NCBI GenBank assembly: GCA_001794215.1
Contig: MGJK01000015.1
Coordinates: 23,684 to 87,683 of the forward strand
DNA length: 64,000 bases
Origin: Candidatus Yanofskybacteria bacterium RIFCSPHIGHO2_01_FULL_44_24
GTDB taxonomy: Bacteria; Patescibacteriota; Minisyncoccia; 2-02-FULL-40-12; GWA2-44-9
Reading direction: 5' to 3'
Shown: positions 9,178 through 18,566 of the stretch, in pieces
How positions within the stretch are numbered: the first letter of the stretch is position 1
Layout: every line of letters begins with the position of its first letter
Position numbers and translations under genes: made by a program
The notes under the pieces: model-generated
Told to the model about the DNA's origin: nothing
Databases searched by the model: none
Seen by the model: the letters and a program-made list of their open reading frames with translations, nothing else

Positions 9178-10437
9178 ATGAGCATTCTCAACTTAGCGAT
9201 AGAGAATCCCTGGTGGAAAAACGCCGTTATCTACGAAGTTTACGCCGATAAATTTGCCAAAAATTTCAAAGGGTTTGCCGATAAATTAGGTTACTTGAAA
9301 GATTTAGGCATAAATTGCATCTGGATTTTGCCCCACTATCCGTCTCCTATGGTAGATGACGGATATGACGTATCTGATTATATGAGCGTCCGGTCGGAGT
9401 TAGGCACATTAGGCGATTTTCGCCGGTTTGCCTCGAAAGCTCACAAGATGGGCATAAAAGTAATCGTTGATTTTGTCTTGAACCATGTTTCTATTAGCCA
9501 TCCGTGGTTCAGGGAACGGCCTGAGTTTTTTATCAGATCGAAAACGGCAAAAGAATTTAAGCAGGCGACAAACCCGTTCTCCCATATGAAATCTTCCAAC
9601 TGGATTTGGGACCCGGAGACTAAAGACTACTACTTTGCCTCCTTTTATCCTCAGCAAGCCGACCTAAACTGGGATAATCCCGAAGTTTTTAAAGCAACAA
9701 TAGAAGTTGTTGATTTTTGGATTGGGCAAGGAGTCGACGGTTTCCGTCTTGATGCCGCGCCTTTTTTGATAAAACGCGAAGGAACTGGATGCGTCAATTT
9801 ACCGGAAACTCATGCAATCATAAAAAAGATACGGACCCATGTTGAATCAAGAAATCCCCAAGTGATACTCTTGGCCGAGAGCAACGGCACCCACGAAGAG
9901 ATCAGGTCGTATTTGAACGGTCAGGAGTGCCACATGGCATTTAATTTTCATCTTATGGCAAAAATATACTTTGCCATAATGACGGAAAATCCGTCCGTAG
10001 CCAAAGAGGCGGCGAAGGTTTTGAATGATCCTCCGCCAGACTGCCAATGGGCAATATTCCTGCGCAATCATGACGATCTTACTCTTTCTCACCTTCCGGT
10101 TGAAGAACGCGACGAGCTCTTAGCTCGGCTCGATCCCAAAGCAAAGTATTTGTTCGAGGGCGGCTATGGAACATCTATGCGATTAGCAACAATTTTAAAA
10201 GGCAATAAGAATAAAATCTTAGAGGCATTCCGTCTGTTACTCAGTTTATCCGGAGCACCGGTGATATACTACGGAGACGAGATCGGAATGGAGAATTTAG
10301 AGTTAGCTGAAAAACCGGCTGACAGCCGGAAATACGTCCGCGGTGAATTTAATTGGAAAGAAGCGGAAAAACAGATCAAAGACCCGGGTTCTCTTTTGAA
10401 CGAACTGAGAACTATTATCAAAAATAGAAAAAGTTAG
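9178..10437 (+). CDS. GH13 alpha-amylase family, trehalose synthase (TreS)-like
   Basis: PWWKNAVIYE, DDGYDVSDY, GFRLDA, LAE, FLRNHDDLTL, YYGDEIGM. Confidence 0.85.
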   Translation: MSILNLAIENPWWKNAVIYEVYADKFAKNFKGFADKLGYLKDLGINCIWILPHYPSPMVDDGYDVSDYMSVRSELGTLGDFRRFASKAHKMGIKVIVDFVLNHVSISHPWFRERPEFFIRSKTAKEFKQATNPFSHMKSSNWIWDPETKDYYFASFYPQQADLNWDNPEVFKATIEVVDFWIGQGVDGFRLDAAPFLIKREGTGCVNLPETHAIIKKIRTHVESRNPQVILLAESNGTHEEIRSYLNGQECHMAFNFHLMAKIYFAIMTENPSVAKEAAKVLNDPPPDCQWAIFLRNHDDLTLSHLPVEERDELLARLDPKAKYLFEGGYGTSMRLATILKGNKNKILEAFRLLLSLSGAPVIYYGDEIGMENLELAEKPADSRKYVRGEFNWKEAEKQIKDPGSLLNELRTIIKNRKS

Positions 10438-12488
10438 GTAATCTTGTGAAATTTCGTTTCCGAAGGCCGAAGGGTGTCGGGATCGATATTATCCTTCTCG
10501 TCTTTTTCAGATAATGGAAATTCTGGAATATCTACACGAGCACCTTCCTTATCGATTACTATCGGAACTATAGTTTTATCTACACCGCTGACATCTATCA
10601 GGCCGAAATAGCGGTGAGCCGGAGTGGAAAACCGGGACAGTATTCTATACATCCTCGCAAGGATATCATTGAATATCGGCACTCCCCTATGGATAACTAT
10701 ATCCTCTTCGCCTATTTCTATGGAGCATCGGTGAATCTCGCCGTAAAGCACGCCCCGGCGCTTTAATTCCCAAAGCACATCTTTAACATTAGGATTTTCC
10801 ATAAATCCGAATTTTACTTGTACGGCTATAATGTTGAAGCCGAAATTTGTAATGGTGTACCTTTCGCCTATGCTAAACGGAGCTTTACCCTGAAGTATAG
10901 AAAGGACGATCATGTGCTTTGGTACCACTCCGTTTCTCTTCAGATAGACGCGCAGAGCAGCCGGCATGCCATCTTCGGGCGCGCTTACGGGATGAGAAGA
11001 CATGAACACAACAACACGGTCTGATTCAACGAGCCATCTTGCCCGGTCGTTCATAATGCCCTTGCTTTCTTCGAGTCGGCGCTTTAAATCTATAAGCCAA
11101 CTCATTTGGCGGGTATCTCCATAGGCGCGATGAGCCGTTCCAACCGCCTTTCTCCCCCATTGCCAGGCCCACATTACGGACAATAATACGAGGGCTACAA
11201 GAATAGGAATATAGCCTCCTTGCAGAAATTTAAGCAAACTGGATCCAAAAAAAGTTAAGTCAAAGAAAAGAAAAATCGTACAGATGGGAATTAATGCCTT
11301 GAGCGGCCATTTCCATCGGTAATTGGCCACGACGAAAAAAGCCAAGGTAGTGATTACCATCGTACCGGCTACGGCTACTCCATAAGCAGCCGCAAGGTTG
11401 CTTGAACTTTTAAAGAAGACGATCAAAATAACACACCCAAGGAATAACGCCCAGTTTATAAAGGGCATGTATATCTGGCCCCTGATATCCGGGTTCGTAT
11501 GTATCGTCTTAACTCTTGGAAAAACTCCAAGAGCCATGGCTTGATGAGTCAGTGAGTATGCGCCTGAAATTAACGCTTGACTGGCTATAACCGTGGCTAC
11601 CGTAGCTAAAATTATCATAGGAAAAAGCGCCCAATCAGGAGACAGAGCATAAAAAAGGTTACCCCCGGGAATTGGCGAGGAGCCAAGCAACATAGCTCCC
11701 TGGCCAAAATAATTCAACAGAAGAGAAGGGTAGACAAAGAAAAACCATGCATTTGTTATCGCCTTTCTCCCGAAGTGTCCCAGATCGGCATACAGCGCTT
11801 CTGCACCGGTAACACAAAGAAATACGCTGCCAAGTATCCATAAAGAACTAAGTCCATGGCTGAGGAGAAATCTAATTCCGTATGTCGGGTTAAGAGCTTG
11901 AAAAACTTCCGGATGTTTAAACAGCTGAGGCATAGCTAAGACGGCAAGAGTCACGAACCACAGTGTCATTACGGGACTGAACAAAACTCCGATTCGAGAA
12001 GTACCCCGTTTTTGCATTTTAAAAAGAAAAAACAGAATAGCAATCGTTATGGGCACCACCATATTAGATAGACCGGGCATGGCGATGCCAAGACCTTCTA
12101 TGGCCGAGACGACTGAAATAGCCGGAGTTATCATTCCGTCACCATACAGTAGCGCGGCTCCAAAGAGCACTAATAGTGTTACCCCCGCAAAAATCTTTCT
12201 TGGAATAACCCCCTGCTCCATTCTGATCAATCCAAGCAAAGCAAATATTCCGCCCTCTCCTTCGTTGTCGGCACGCAAGATAATAAAAATATATTTGAAA
12301 GCGACAATTAAAAAAAGTGACCAGAAAAACAGAGATAGGGCTCCAAAAACGTTGGACGTATTCGTTGCGACCTGATAATGACCGAAAAATATCTCTCTGA
12401 GCGCATAGAGCGGAGATGTACCTATATCTCCGAAAACGATGCCTAAGGAGAGGAAGGGCAGAGCCATGTTTGATAATCTTTTCAGCAT
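10434..12488 (-). CDS. kup: KUP/HAK/KT potassium uptake transporter
   Basis: GIVFGDIGTSPLYA, DNEGEGG, YGDGMITPAISV, GAEALYADLGHFG. Confidence 0.95.
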   Translation of the reverse strand: MLKRLSNMALPFLSLGIVFGDIGTSPLYALREIFFGHYQVATNTSNVFGALSLFFWSLFLIVAFKYIFIILRADNEGEGGIFALLGLIRMEQGVIPRKIFAGVTLLVLFGAALLYGDGMITPAISVVSAIEGLGIAMPGLSNMVVPITIAILFFLFKMQKRGTSRIGVLFSPVMTLWFVTLAVLAMPQLFKHPEVFQALNPTYGIRFLLSHGLSSLWILGSVFLCVTGAEALYADLGHFGRKAITNAWFFFVYPSLLLNYFGQGAMLLGSSPIPGGNLFYALSPDWALFPMIILATVATVIASQALISGAYSLTHQAMALGVFPRVKTIHTNPDIRGQIYMPFINWALFLGCVILIVFFKSSSNLAAAYGVAVAGTMVITTLAFFVVANYRWKWPLKALIPICTIFLFFDLTFFGSSLLKFLQGGYIPILVALVLLSVMWAWQWGRKAVGTAHRAYGDTRQMSWLIDLKRRLEESKGIMNDRARWLVESDRVVVFMSSHPVSAPEDGMPAALRVYLKRNGVVPKHMIVLSILQGKAPFSIGERYTITNFGFNIIAVQVKFGFMENPNVKDVLWELKRRGVLYGEIHRCSIEIGEEDIVIHRGVPIFNDILARMYRILSRFSTPAHRYFGLIDVSGVDKTIVPIVIDKEGARVDIPEFPLSEKDEKDNIDPDTLRPSETKFHKIT

Positions 12489-12656
12489 ATAAAAGCGTTG
12501 GACTAACAGGGTCTCAAAGTATCTTCATATTATAGGATAAATCTCTTAAGATATATAGGGGAGGCAATTTCGGATAGGGCTAAAAATTTAGCTGATAAGT
12601 TAAGAATAGACGTAAAGATGATTCTTTTATAAGATCATGGTATACTGGACTTATAG

Positions 12657-13073
12657 ATGAGAAACGCCATTATTTCCATATTATTAATAAGCGCGTCGCT
12701 ATCAGCTGTTTTGGGCTTGATTGTAATGGACCACATGGGTGGGCAGGGCCATAGTGCGTGCCCCTTTGAAGCGGTGAGAATAACTGATTGTTCGCAGATT
12801 CAAAATTTCATATCTTTTATAGCTTCACATCTTAGGGCTTTGTCCAAATTTTCTTTGGCAGTTCTCACTGATGGTTTTACTAACCTGATATCTCTGCTTC
12901 TGTTGTTATCTTTGGCTATAGGAGTGCTTTTTAATAAGTCGGGGCCGCCCCGATTAAAACCACTGCTATCGGCGAACCGGCTTAGAATAGGCTTCGTTTT
13001 ACCTCAAGAAACTTTATTCACGGGCTGGTTCTCTCTCCACGAGAATAGCCCCACATTCATGGAAGGACGCTAA
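12657..13073 (+). CDS. Hypothetical membrane protein heading the copper cluster
   Basis: Two TM segments; His/Met/Cys stretch MDHMGGQGHSACP. Confidence 0.6.
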   Translation: MRNAIISILLISASLSAVLGLIVMDHMGGQGHSACPFEAVRITDCSQIQNFISFIASHLRALSKFSLAVLTDGFTNLISLLLLLSLAIGVLFNKSGPPRLKPLLSANRLRIGFVLPQETLFTGWFSLHENSPTFMEGR

Positions 13074-13186
13074 CAATAAGTCGTTAGTCCGCCGTTGCTA
13101 AGGCTTTGGCGAGATAAGTCGAACGATTTGTTGTTTTGCGTCGTTAAACCCTGAAAAAGGGATTTTTTGTCTTTAAATTTAATTCT

Positions 13187-13687
13187 ATGAACAAAAAAGT
13201 AATCGCGGGCATCTTCGTTGGGACTCTTGTCTTAATAGGCGGGCTTATCTGGTTAGCGAAACCTGCACCGGACTCTATCGGTGGTCAGGCGGATACTACG
13301 TCAAGCTTGCTAAAAAGCGATGGTACATTCTTTGATTTTGGAACTATCTCGATGAAAGACGGGGATGTCACGAAAGAATTTATCGTAACAAATCCTACTG
13401 ATAAGGATATTCTTGTTACAACACTTGAAACATCATGTATGTGCACCAAGGCTTTTATGGTCAAACCCGACGGTACGGCTAAAGGGCCTTTCGGAATGCG
13501 GAGTATGGGCTATGCCTGGCCGATTAATGAGACAATTGTTCCGGGAGAAAGTCGTACTATTAGGGTTGTCTATGATCCGAACGCACATGGCCCCGCTGGT
13601 GTAGGTTTAATTGATAGATTCGTAATTCTCACAGAAGAGTCTGGAAGTCAGCTTCAGTTAGAAATAAAGGCGATAGTTAAGCCGTAA
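13187..13687 (+). CDS. DUF1573-like Ig-fold protein
   Basis: FDFGTI, TSCMCT, YDPNAHGP; N-terminal anchor. Confidence 0.75.
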   Translation: MNKKVIAGIFVGTLVLIGGLIWLAKPAPDSIGGQADTTSSLLKSDGTFFDFGTISMKDGDVTKEFIVTNPTDKDILVTTLETSCMCTKAFMVKPDGTAKGPFGMRSMGYAWPINETIVPGESRTIRVVYDPNAHGPAGVGLIDRFVILTEESGSQLQLEIKAIVKP

Positions 13688-13691
13688 AACC

Positions 13692-14471
13692 ATGAAGAAA
13701 ACTATAATATTATTGATGGCTGTATTTATTGCAATTATCGGGATAGTATTACTGAAAAACAACCCAGAGACTGCATCGTTTCTGTGGGGTTTAAGCAATG
13801 AGGGCGCGTGGCTTCTGCCTCTTGTTTTAGTCTCCGCACTGCTTGACAGCGTGCATCCGTGTTCATTCTCAATTCTACTCATCACGATTGCGGTTCTGTT
13901 TGGGTTGCAAATATCCAGAAAAAGAATACTACTGGCCGGAGGCGCTTACATTTTTGGTATCTTTGCGTCTTACCTGCTGATAGGGCTTGGGATATTGCAA
14001 GTTCTGCACTTGTTTAATACGCCCCATTTTATGGGAAAGCTCGGCGCCGTCATCCTTGTCTTATTCGGTTTGCTAAATATAGTTGACTACCTATTTCCTC
14101 AATTCCCGCTGAAGCTCAGGATACCTGCAAGCGCCCACTCATCAATGAGCAGGTTAATAGACCGAGCTTCTCTGCCGGCTGCTTTCGGACTGGGCGCCTT
14201 AGTTGGTATCTGTCAGTTTCCTTGTATGGGCGGTCCGTACTTAATGGTTATTGGGTTGCTGCGCGACCAAGTTACTTATCTAAGAGGCTTAAACTACCTG
14301 TTTCTCTATAATATTATCCTTATAATCCCGCTGATCGCCGTACTGATAATCTCAGCAGACAAGATGCTGATAAATAAAATGCAGCAGTGGCAGCAGCAAA
14401 AACGTTCAACTGTAAAAATAGGAGGGGGCATTATAATGATAGCCCTCGGACTGATAATCTATCTGATATGA
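13692..14471 (+). CDS. CcdA/DsbD-like transmembrane protein
   Basis: DSVHPC and FPCMGGPY cysteine motifs in a multi-TM protein. Confidence 0.8.
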   Translation: MKKTIILLMAVFIAIIGIVLLKNNPETASFLWGLSNEGAWLLPLVLVSALLDSVHPCSFSILLITIAVLFGLQISRKRILLAGGAYIFGIFASYLLIGLGILQVLHLFNTPHFMGKLGAVILVLFGLLNIVDYLFPQFPLKLRIPASAHSSMSRLIDRASLPAAFGLGALVGICQFPCMGGPYLMVIGLLRDQVTYLRGLNYLFLYNIILIIPLIAVLIISADKMLINKMQQWQQQKRSTVKIGGGIIMIALGLIIYLI

Positions 14472-14866
14472 AAATAAACATATGCCCAATTTGTGTTCTT
14501 GTCGGCGGAACTTGGCTTACCCTGAGCTTTCTTGTGGCTTGGAGCTATCTGGATCCGGGACGGTTTATTATTCCGATTGCTATTTTAATGGGGGGATCCG
14601 TTGTTGGCATTGCATATCAGGGAGTCCAGAAGATTGAATGGGCGAATAAACATCCCCTGACCTGGAAATTAATGACAATTATTACAGGCATGCCGGTGTC
14701 GTATGCCCTTGTTTTCAACCTTTCAAAGAGTGTAGTTATCTTGGAATTCATATTACTTCTGCTAACAGCTTATTTCTTTTTCGTGGAATGGCAGAAAAAG
14801 CCGCGCGGATCGGGCGAAAGCCAAAAGATACGCGATATCGAAAAAAAAATGAAGCAATGTTGTTGA
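14468..14866 (+). CDS. Membrane protein with N-terminal CPIC and C-terminal CC
   Basis: Start at ATG 14468 overlapping the upstream stop; four TM segments. Confidence 0.65.
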   Translation: MKINICPICVLVGGTWLTLSFLVAWSYLDPGRFIIPIAILMGGSVVGIAYQGVQKIEWANKHPLTWKLMTIITGMPVSYALVFNLSKSVVILEFILLLLTAYFFFVEWQKKPRGSGESQKIRDIEKKMKQCC

Positions 14867-15861
14867 TGGAACATGATGATTCAATAATAAAAAAAAATAA
14901 AGAAACGGATCCGGATTTCGAACAAGATCAAATCTTGGCGGACGATACCGATCTGAATAGAATTTCTGAAGAGTTAAAACCTCAAAATAGTTTTAAGTTG
15001 CTCAGTATTAGTATTGTTGTGGCCTCAGTCATTGTAGGCAGTTCAATAATATTGGCGGGGCGTTTTAGACCTTCAGATGGGATGCTTTCAGCAAAGGCCA
15101 TAGCAAAGATAGAGCAAGCGGTAACTCCTGAAAAAGGCGTTGTCTTACCCGTTGTCTGGGGAGATCTCGGTAAGCGTCTCGTGGAAAGCGGGGTTATAGA
15201 TCAAACGAAGTTTGAGCAGCTGTATGCAGGCAGGGGCGGCATTGACGATAGTACAAAAGATTTGCTGACAGGAAGCAATAACGGAAAACTATTGATCACG
15301 AAGGGGAATGCAAATTTATTGCTCAATCTCCTTTGGGCCCTCGGACTCGGGACTAAAAATGAAATTCTTGAAAAGGGCGAAATGAGCGACCCGCGGTACG
15401 GAGGCGCTGGAAAATTTGCATCAACGGGCGGCTGGACTCTGTCTCGAGGTGCTCCTATGCAGCACTACTCGGCACATGCGCTAATACCATTGACTCCGGA
15501 ACAGCAAAAATTGGTTGACGAAGTTTCAAGAAATATCTATCGCCCTTGCTGTGGAAATTCTACTCATTTCCCAGACTGTAATCATGGTATGGCTATGCTT
15601 GGACTTCTTGAGCTGATGGCATCACAAGGGGTAAGCGAAAACGATATGTATAAAGCCGCTTTGGCAGTTAACTCTTACTGGTTCCCCGATACTTACTTGA
15701 ATATCGCTCGATATCTTGAGTCAAAAGATATTCCGTGGAGTAAATCTGATCCTAAGGGAATCCTCGGTGCAAATTTCTCAAGCTCTGCCGGTTATCAGGC
15801 CGTACTTAAACAGATTCAACCAGCGACTGGTAGCGGCGGAGGAGGTGGTTGCGGAGTATAG
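14866..15861 (+). CDS. Membrane-anchored Cys/His-rich hypothetical protein (putative metal-binding)
   Basis: RPCCGNSTHFPDCNHG motif; C-terminal GGGGCGV; TGATG-coupled start. Confidence 0.7.
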   Translation: MEHDDSIIKKNKETDPDFEQDQILADDTDLNRISEELKPQNSFKLLSISIVVASVIVGSSIILAGRFRPSDGMLSAKAIAKIEQAVTPEKGVVLPVVWGDLGKRLVESGVIDQTKFEQLYAGRGGIDDSTKDLLTGSNNGKLLITKGNANLLLNLLWALGLGTKNEILEKGEMSDPRYGGAGKFASTGGWTLSRGAPMQHYSAHALIPLTPEQQKLVDEVSRNIYRPCCGNSTHFPDCNHGMAMLGLLELMASQGVSENDMYKAALAVNSYWFPDTYLNIARYLESKDIPWSKSDPKGILGANFSSSAGYQAVLKQIQPATGSGGGGGCGV

Positions 15862-15941
15862 CCAAGAAATATAGTGAGATTGCCCGCTCAATAGGCTTTC
15901 AAGAAGGCGAATTATTAAGTATTATAAATTATATTAAAAAT

Positions 15942-16209
15942 ATGGAAAATTTATCACTGAAAAAATATGTTTGGAAATGTGTATTGGGTGCGGAAATAGC
16001 TTACGCGGCCTGCCTGACAGGAGGATTTCTTCCTCTTCGCAGTGTCCGTGGATTAGAATTGCACCACGCTCTATTCGAAACTATTCCCGGTTTTAACCTG
16101 GATTAATTTTGGAAGTGTAGCGCTTGGTGCAGTATATATACTTGTACTTGCGTCGATTTTTGGAGGGTACTATGTCTGGATGCATAATCATAGCTTAGAA
16201 ACATCCTGA
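15942..16209 (+). pseudogene. Small membrane protein (DUF5676-like) with a 1-nt frameshift near 16095
   Basis: MENLSLKKY...ETIPGF then, after removing one A in ttttaacc, TWINFGSVALGAVYILVLASIFGGYYVWMHNHSLETS*. Confidence 0.7.
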
Positions 16210-16213
16210 TCTT

Positions 16214-17965
16214 ATGGAGAATCCCCGATTCAAAAAAGTGAGGCTCAAAATCCACGGCATGCACTGTGCGAGCTGTGAAGTTCTCATAGAGCGGAAACTC
16301 AAAAAAGTTGCTGGAATTGAGAAAGTTCAGGTCAGCCACGGGAACGGAAAGGCTGATATTTTATGTTCCTGCGAACTAAATTTGCGTCAGCTTAACAATC
16401 TGGTGAAGGAAGACGGCTATCGGATATCCTCCTGGGACGATCGGAACGACAGTATCTATCCGGGCGTCCATCGAAACACCGCTAAAAATTACCTGCAGAT
16501 AGGCTGGATTTTTCTTGTAATCGTTTCTCTATACTACATCCTGAAGCAATTTAATTTCCTGCCCGATTTTACCATATCCCAGCGAATGAGCTACGGTCTG
16601 ATCTTCCTGATAGGATTAGTCGCCGCATTATCCTCGTGTATTGCTATAGTCGGCGGTTTACTATTGGCGCTCGCCGGGAGATACAGTGAAGAACATCCTA
16701 ATTTGTCCGGTATTAAAAAATTCAAACCGCATATCTATTTTAACTCTGGACGCATAGCAGGATACACCGCCTTTGGCGCTATTGTAGGAGCTCTGGGATC
16801 AGTAATGACTCTCTCACCGAGGACAAATGGCTATCTCATGATCGTAGTCAGTTTAGTGATGCTCACACTCGGATTTCAGTTGCTTCATCTCTTTCCGGGG
16901 TTACGGAGATTTACTCCAAAGATGCCGAAGTTTATCAGCCACAAGATCCATGATCTCAGCACAAAAGAAGGCAAGAGAGCGTCATTCACGCTTGGTGCTT
17001 TAACATTTTTTTTGCCATGCGGGTTCACCCAGGCCTTACAACTGTATGTTTTAGCCAGCGGAGACTGGAAGATAGGAGCATTAACAATGCTGACATTCTC
17101 ATTGGGAACCCTGCCGGCACTTCTCTCGATTAGCGCTATATCAAGTTTTGCAAAGGGCGCATTCCAGCAGCACTTTTTAAGATTTGCGGGTGTATTGATT
17201 GTCCTCCTGTCGCTCTTCAATATAAACAACGGCTTAACTCTTGCGGGTTACAGCTTTGATCCGGCTTCGGCTTTTTCAACGAAGTCAGATGGTACTCCTC
17301 GATGGGATATATCCCCGGTAAAGATTGAGGACGGAAGACAGGTCATAAAAATGACCGTTAACGGATATAGCTATGAACCGAACAGGTTCATAGTCGTTAA
17401 GGACATACCAGTCGAATGGCAAATAGACGGTGCCAATGCGGCCGGATGCGGTAAAGTTATCGTCATACCGTCTTTAGGCATGAGCAAGTATCTCTCGCCT
17501 CAGGGAATCACCACGGTTACATTTACTCCGGAAAAGACAGGAGATATTCCTTTTAACTGCAGTATGGGTATGATGACGCGCGGTTCAGGATTCACCGTAA
17601 TACCCAACAAAACTGGGATTGTGGGAGCAAAAACAGAACTTAGAGCGGACCCGCAAATATCCGTATGCGATCCTGCCATTGCCAGCTGTCCCGAGGTGCA
17701 GAAACTTGCGATCGAGGTCTCGCTTGAACGAGGCGTGGTTCCCCGGTCTCTTATCGCTAAGAAAAATGTACCGATTGAACTAACTATAGACGATAAAGAC
17801 CCTCTTGGCGGTTGCATGTCCGTATGGGTCATACCCGAATACAACGTCACTATTCCTATGAATGGTACCGTGACTAAGAATGTATTCACTCCTACAGAAT
17901 CGGGAACTATAGACATAACTTGCAGTATGGGCTCGAAATTAGCCGAAATTAATGTTTTAGATTAA
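16214..17965 (+). CDS. HMA + DsbD_2/TauE-like TM + cupredoxin multidomain protein
   Basis: GMHCASC; SSC..GG; FFLPCGFTQ; FNCSMGM and TCSMG. Confidence 0.85.
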   Translation: MENPRFKKVRLKIHGMHCASCEVLIERKLKKVAGIEKVQVSHGNGKADILCSCELNLRQLNNLVKEDGYRISSWDDRNDSIYPGVHRNTAKNYLQIGWIFLVIVSLYYILKQFNFLPDFTISQRMSYGLIFLIGLVAALSSCIAIVGGLLLALAGRYSEEHPNLSGIKKFKPHIYFNSGRIAGYTAFGAIVGALGSVMTLSPRTNGYLMIVVSLVMLTLGFQLLHLFPGLRRFTPKMPKFISHKIHDLSTKEGKRASFTLGALTFFLPCGFTQALQLYVLASGDWKIGALTMLTFSLGTLPALLSISAISSFAKGAFQQHFLRFAGVLIVLLSLFNINNGLTLAGYSFDPASAFSTKSDGTPRWDISPVKIEDGRQVIKMTVNGYSYEPNRFIVVKDIPVEWQIDGANAAGCGKVIVIPSLGMSKYLSPQGITTVTFTPEKTGDIPFNCSMGMMTRGSGFTVIPNKTGIVGAKTELRADPQISVCDPAIASCPEVQKLAIEVSLERGVVPRSLIAKKNVPIELTIDDKDPLGGCMSVWVIPEYNVTIPMNGTVTKNVFTPTESGTIDITCSMGSKLAEINVLD

Positions 17966-17982
17966 AAATATTAAATAATACT

Positions 17983-18198
17983 ATGAAAACTACAACTCTG
18001 ACAATCCGAGGCACTCATTGTAAGGCATGCAAGACAGTTATAGAGGATTTATCTAAAGACATAAAAGGAGTAAAATCATGTCAGGTAGACTTTAAAACCG
18101 GAACGGCCATTATTGAACATGAAAATGACGCCGATTTGGATGCATTCAAAAGAGCAGTTGAAGACCTGGGTCAATATAAACTATCGACCAATTCTTAA
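17983..18198 (+). CDS. Copper chaperone (CopZ-like HMA protein)
   Basis: GTHCKAC in a 71-aa protein. Confidence 0.85.
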   Translation: MKTTTLTIRGTHCKACKTVIEDLSKDIKGVKSCQVDFKTGTAIIEHENDADLDAFKRAVEDLGQYKLSTNS

Positions 18199-18201
18199 CC
18201 T

Positions 18202-18564
18202 ATGGATACGGACAAAATAATACTGACAATTTTAGGAGGTATCGGTATTATCTTTACCTACTGGTTTTTTCTTATGAAAAAAGACCAAGTAGTGAGCGTA
18301 AAAGACGAAATAGAAATCGTAGTCGAGGGAGGCTATTCCCCAGATTCAATCTCTATCCCAAAAGGAAAAACTTCAAGACTGATTTTTTTGAGAAGAGATC
18401 CGAGCGCCTGCCTTGAAGAAGTCGTACTCGGTGATTTTAAGATACGCAGGCAACTGCCCCTGAATCAAAAAGTAACGATCGAACTCACCCCCCAGCAAAT
18501 CGGAGAATTCAAGTACTCCTGCGGAATGGGTATGTACCACGGGAAGATTATAGTAACAAACTAA
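18202..18564 (+). CDS. Membrane-anchored cupredoxin (CupA-like)
   Basis: GGYSP and YSCGMGMYHG. Confidence 0.85.
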   Translation: MDTDKIILTILGGIGIIFTYWFFLMKKDQVVSVKDEIEIVVEGGYSPDSISIPKGKTSRLIFLRRDPSACLEEVVLGDFKIRRQLPLNQKVTIELTPQQIGEFKYSCGMGMYHGKIIVTN

Positions 18565-18566
18565 AT

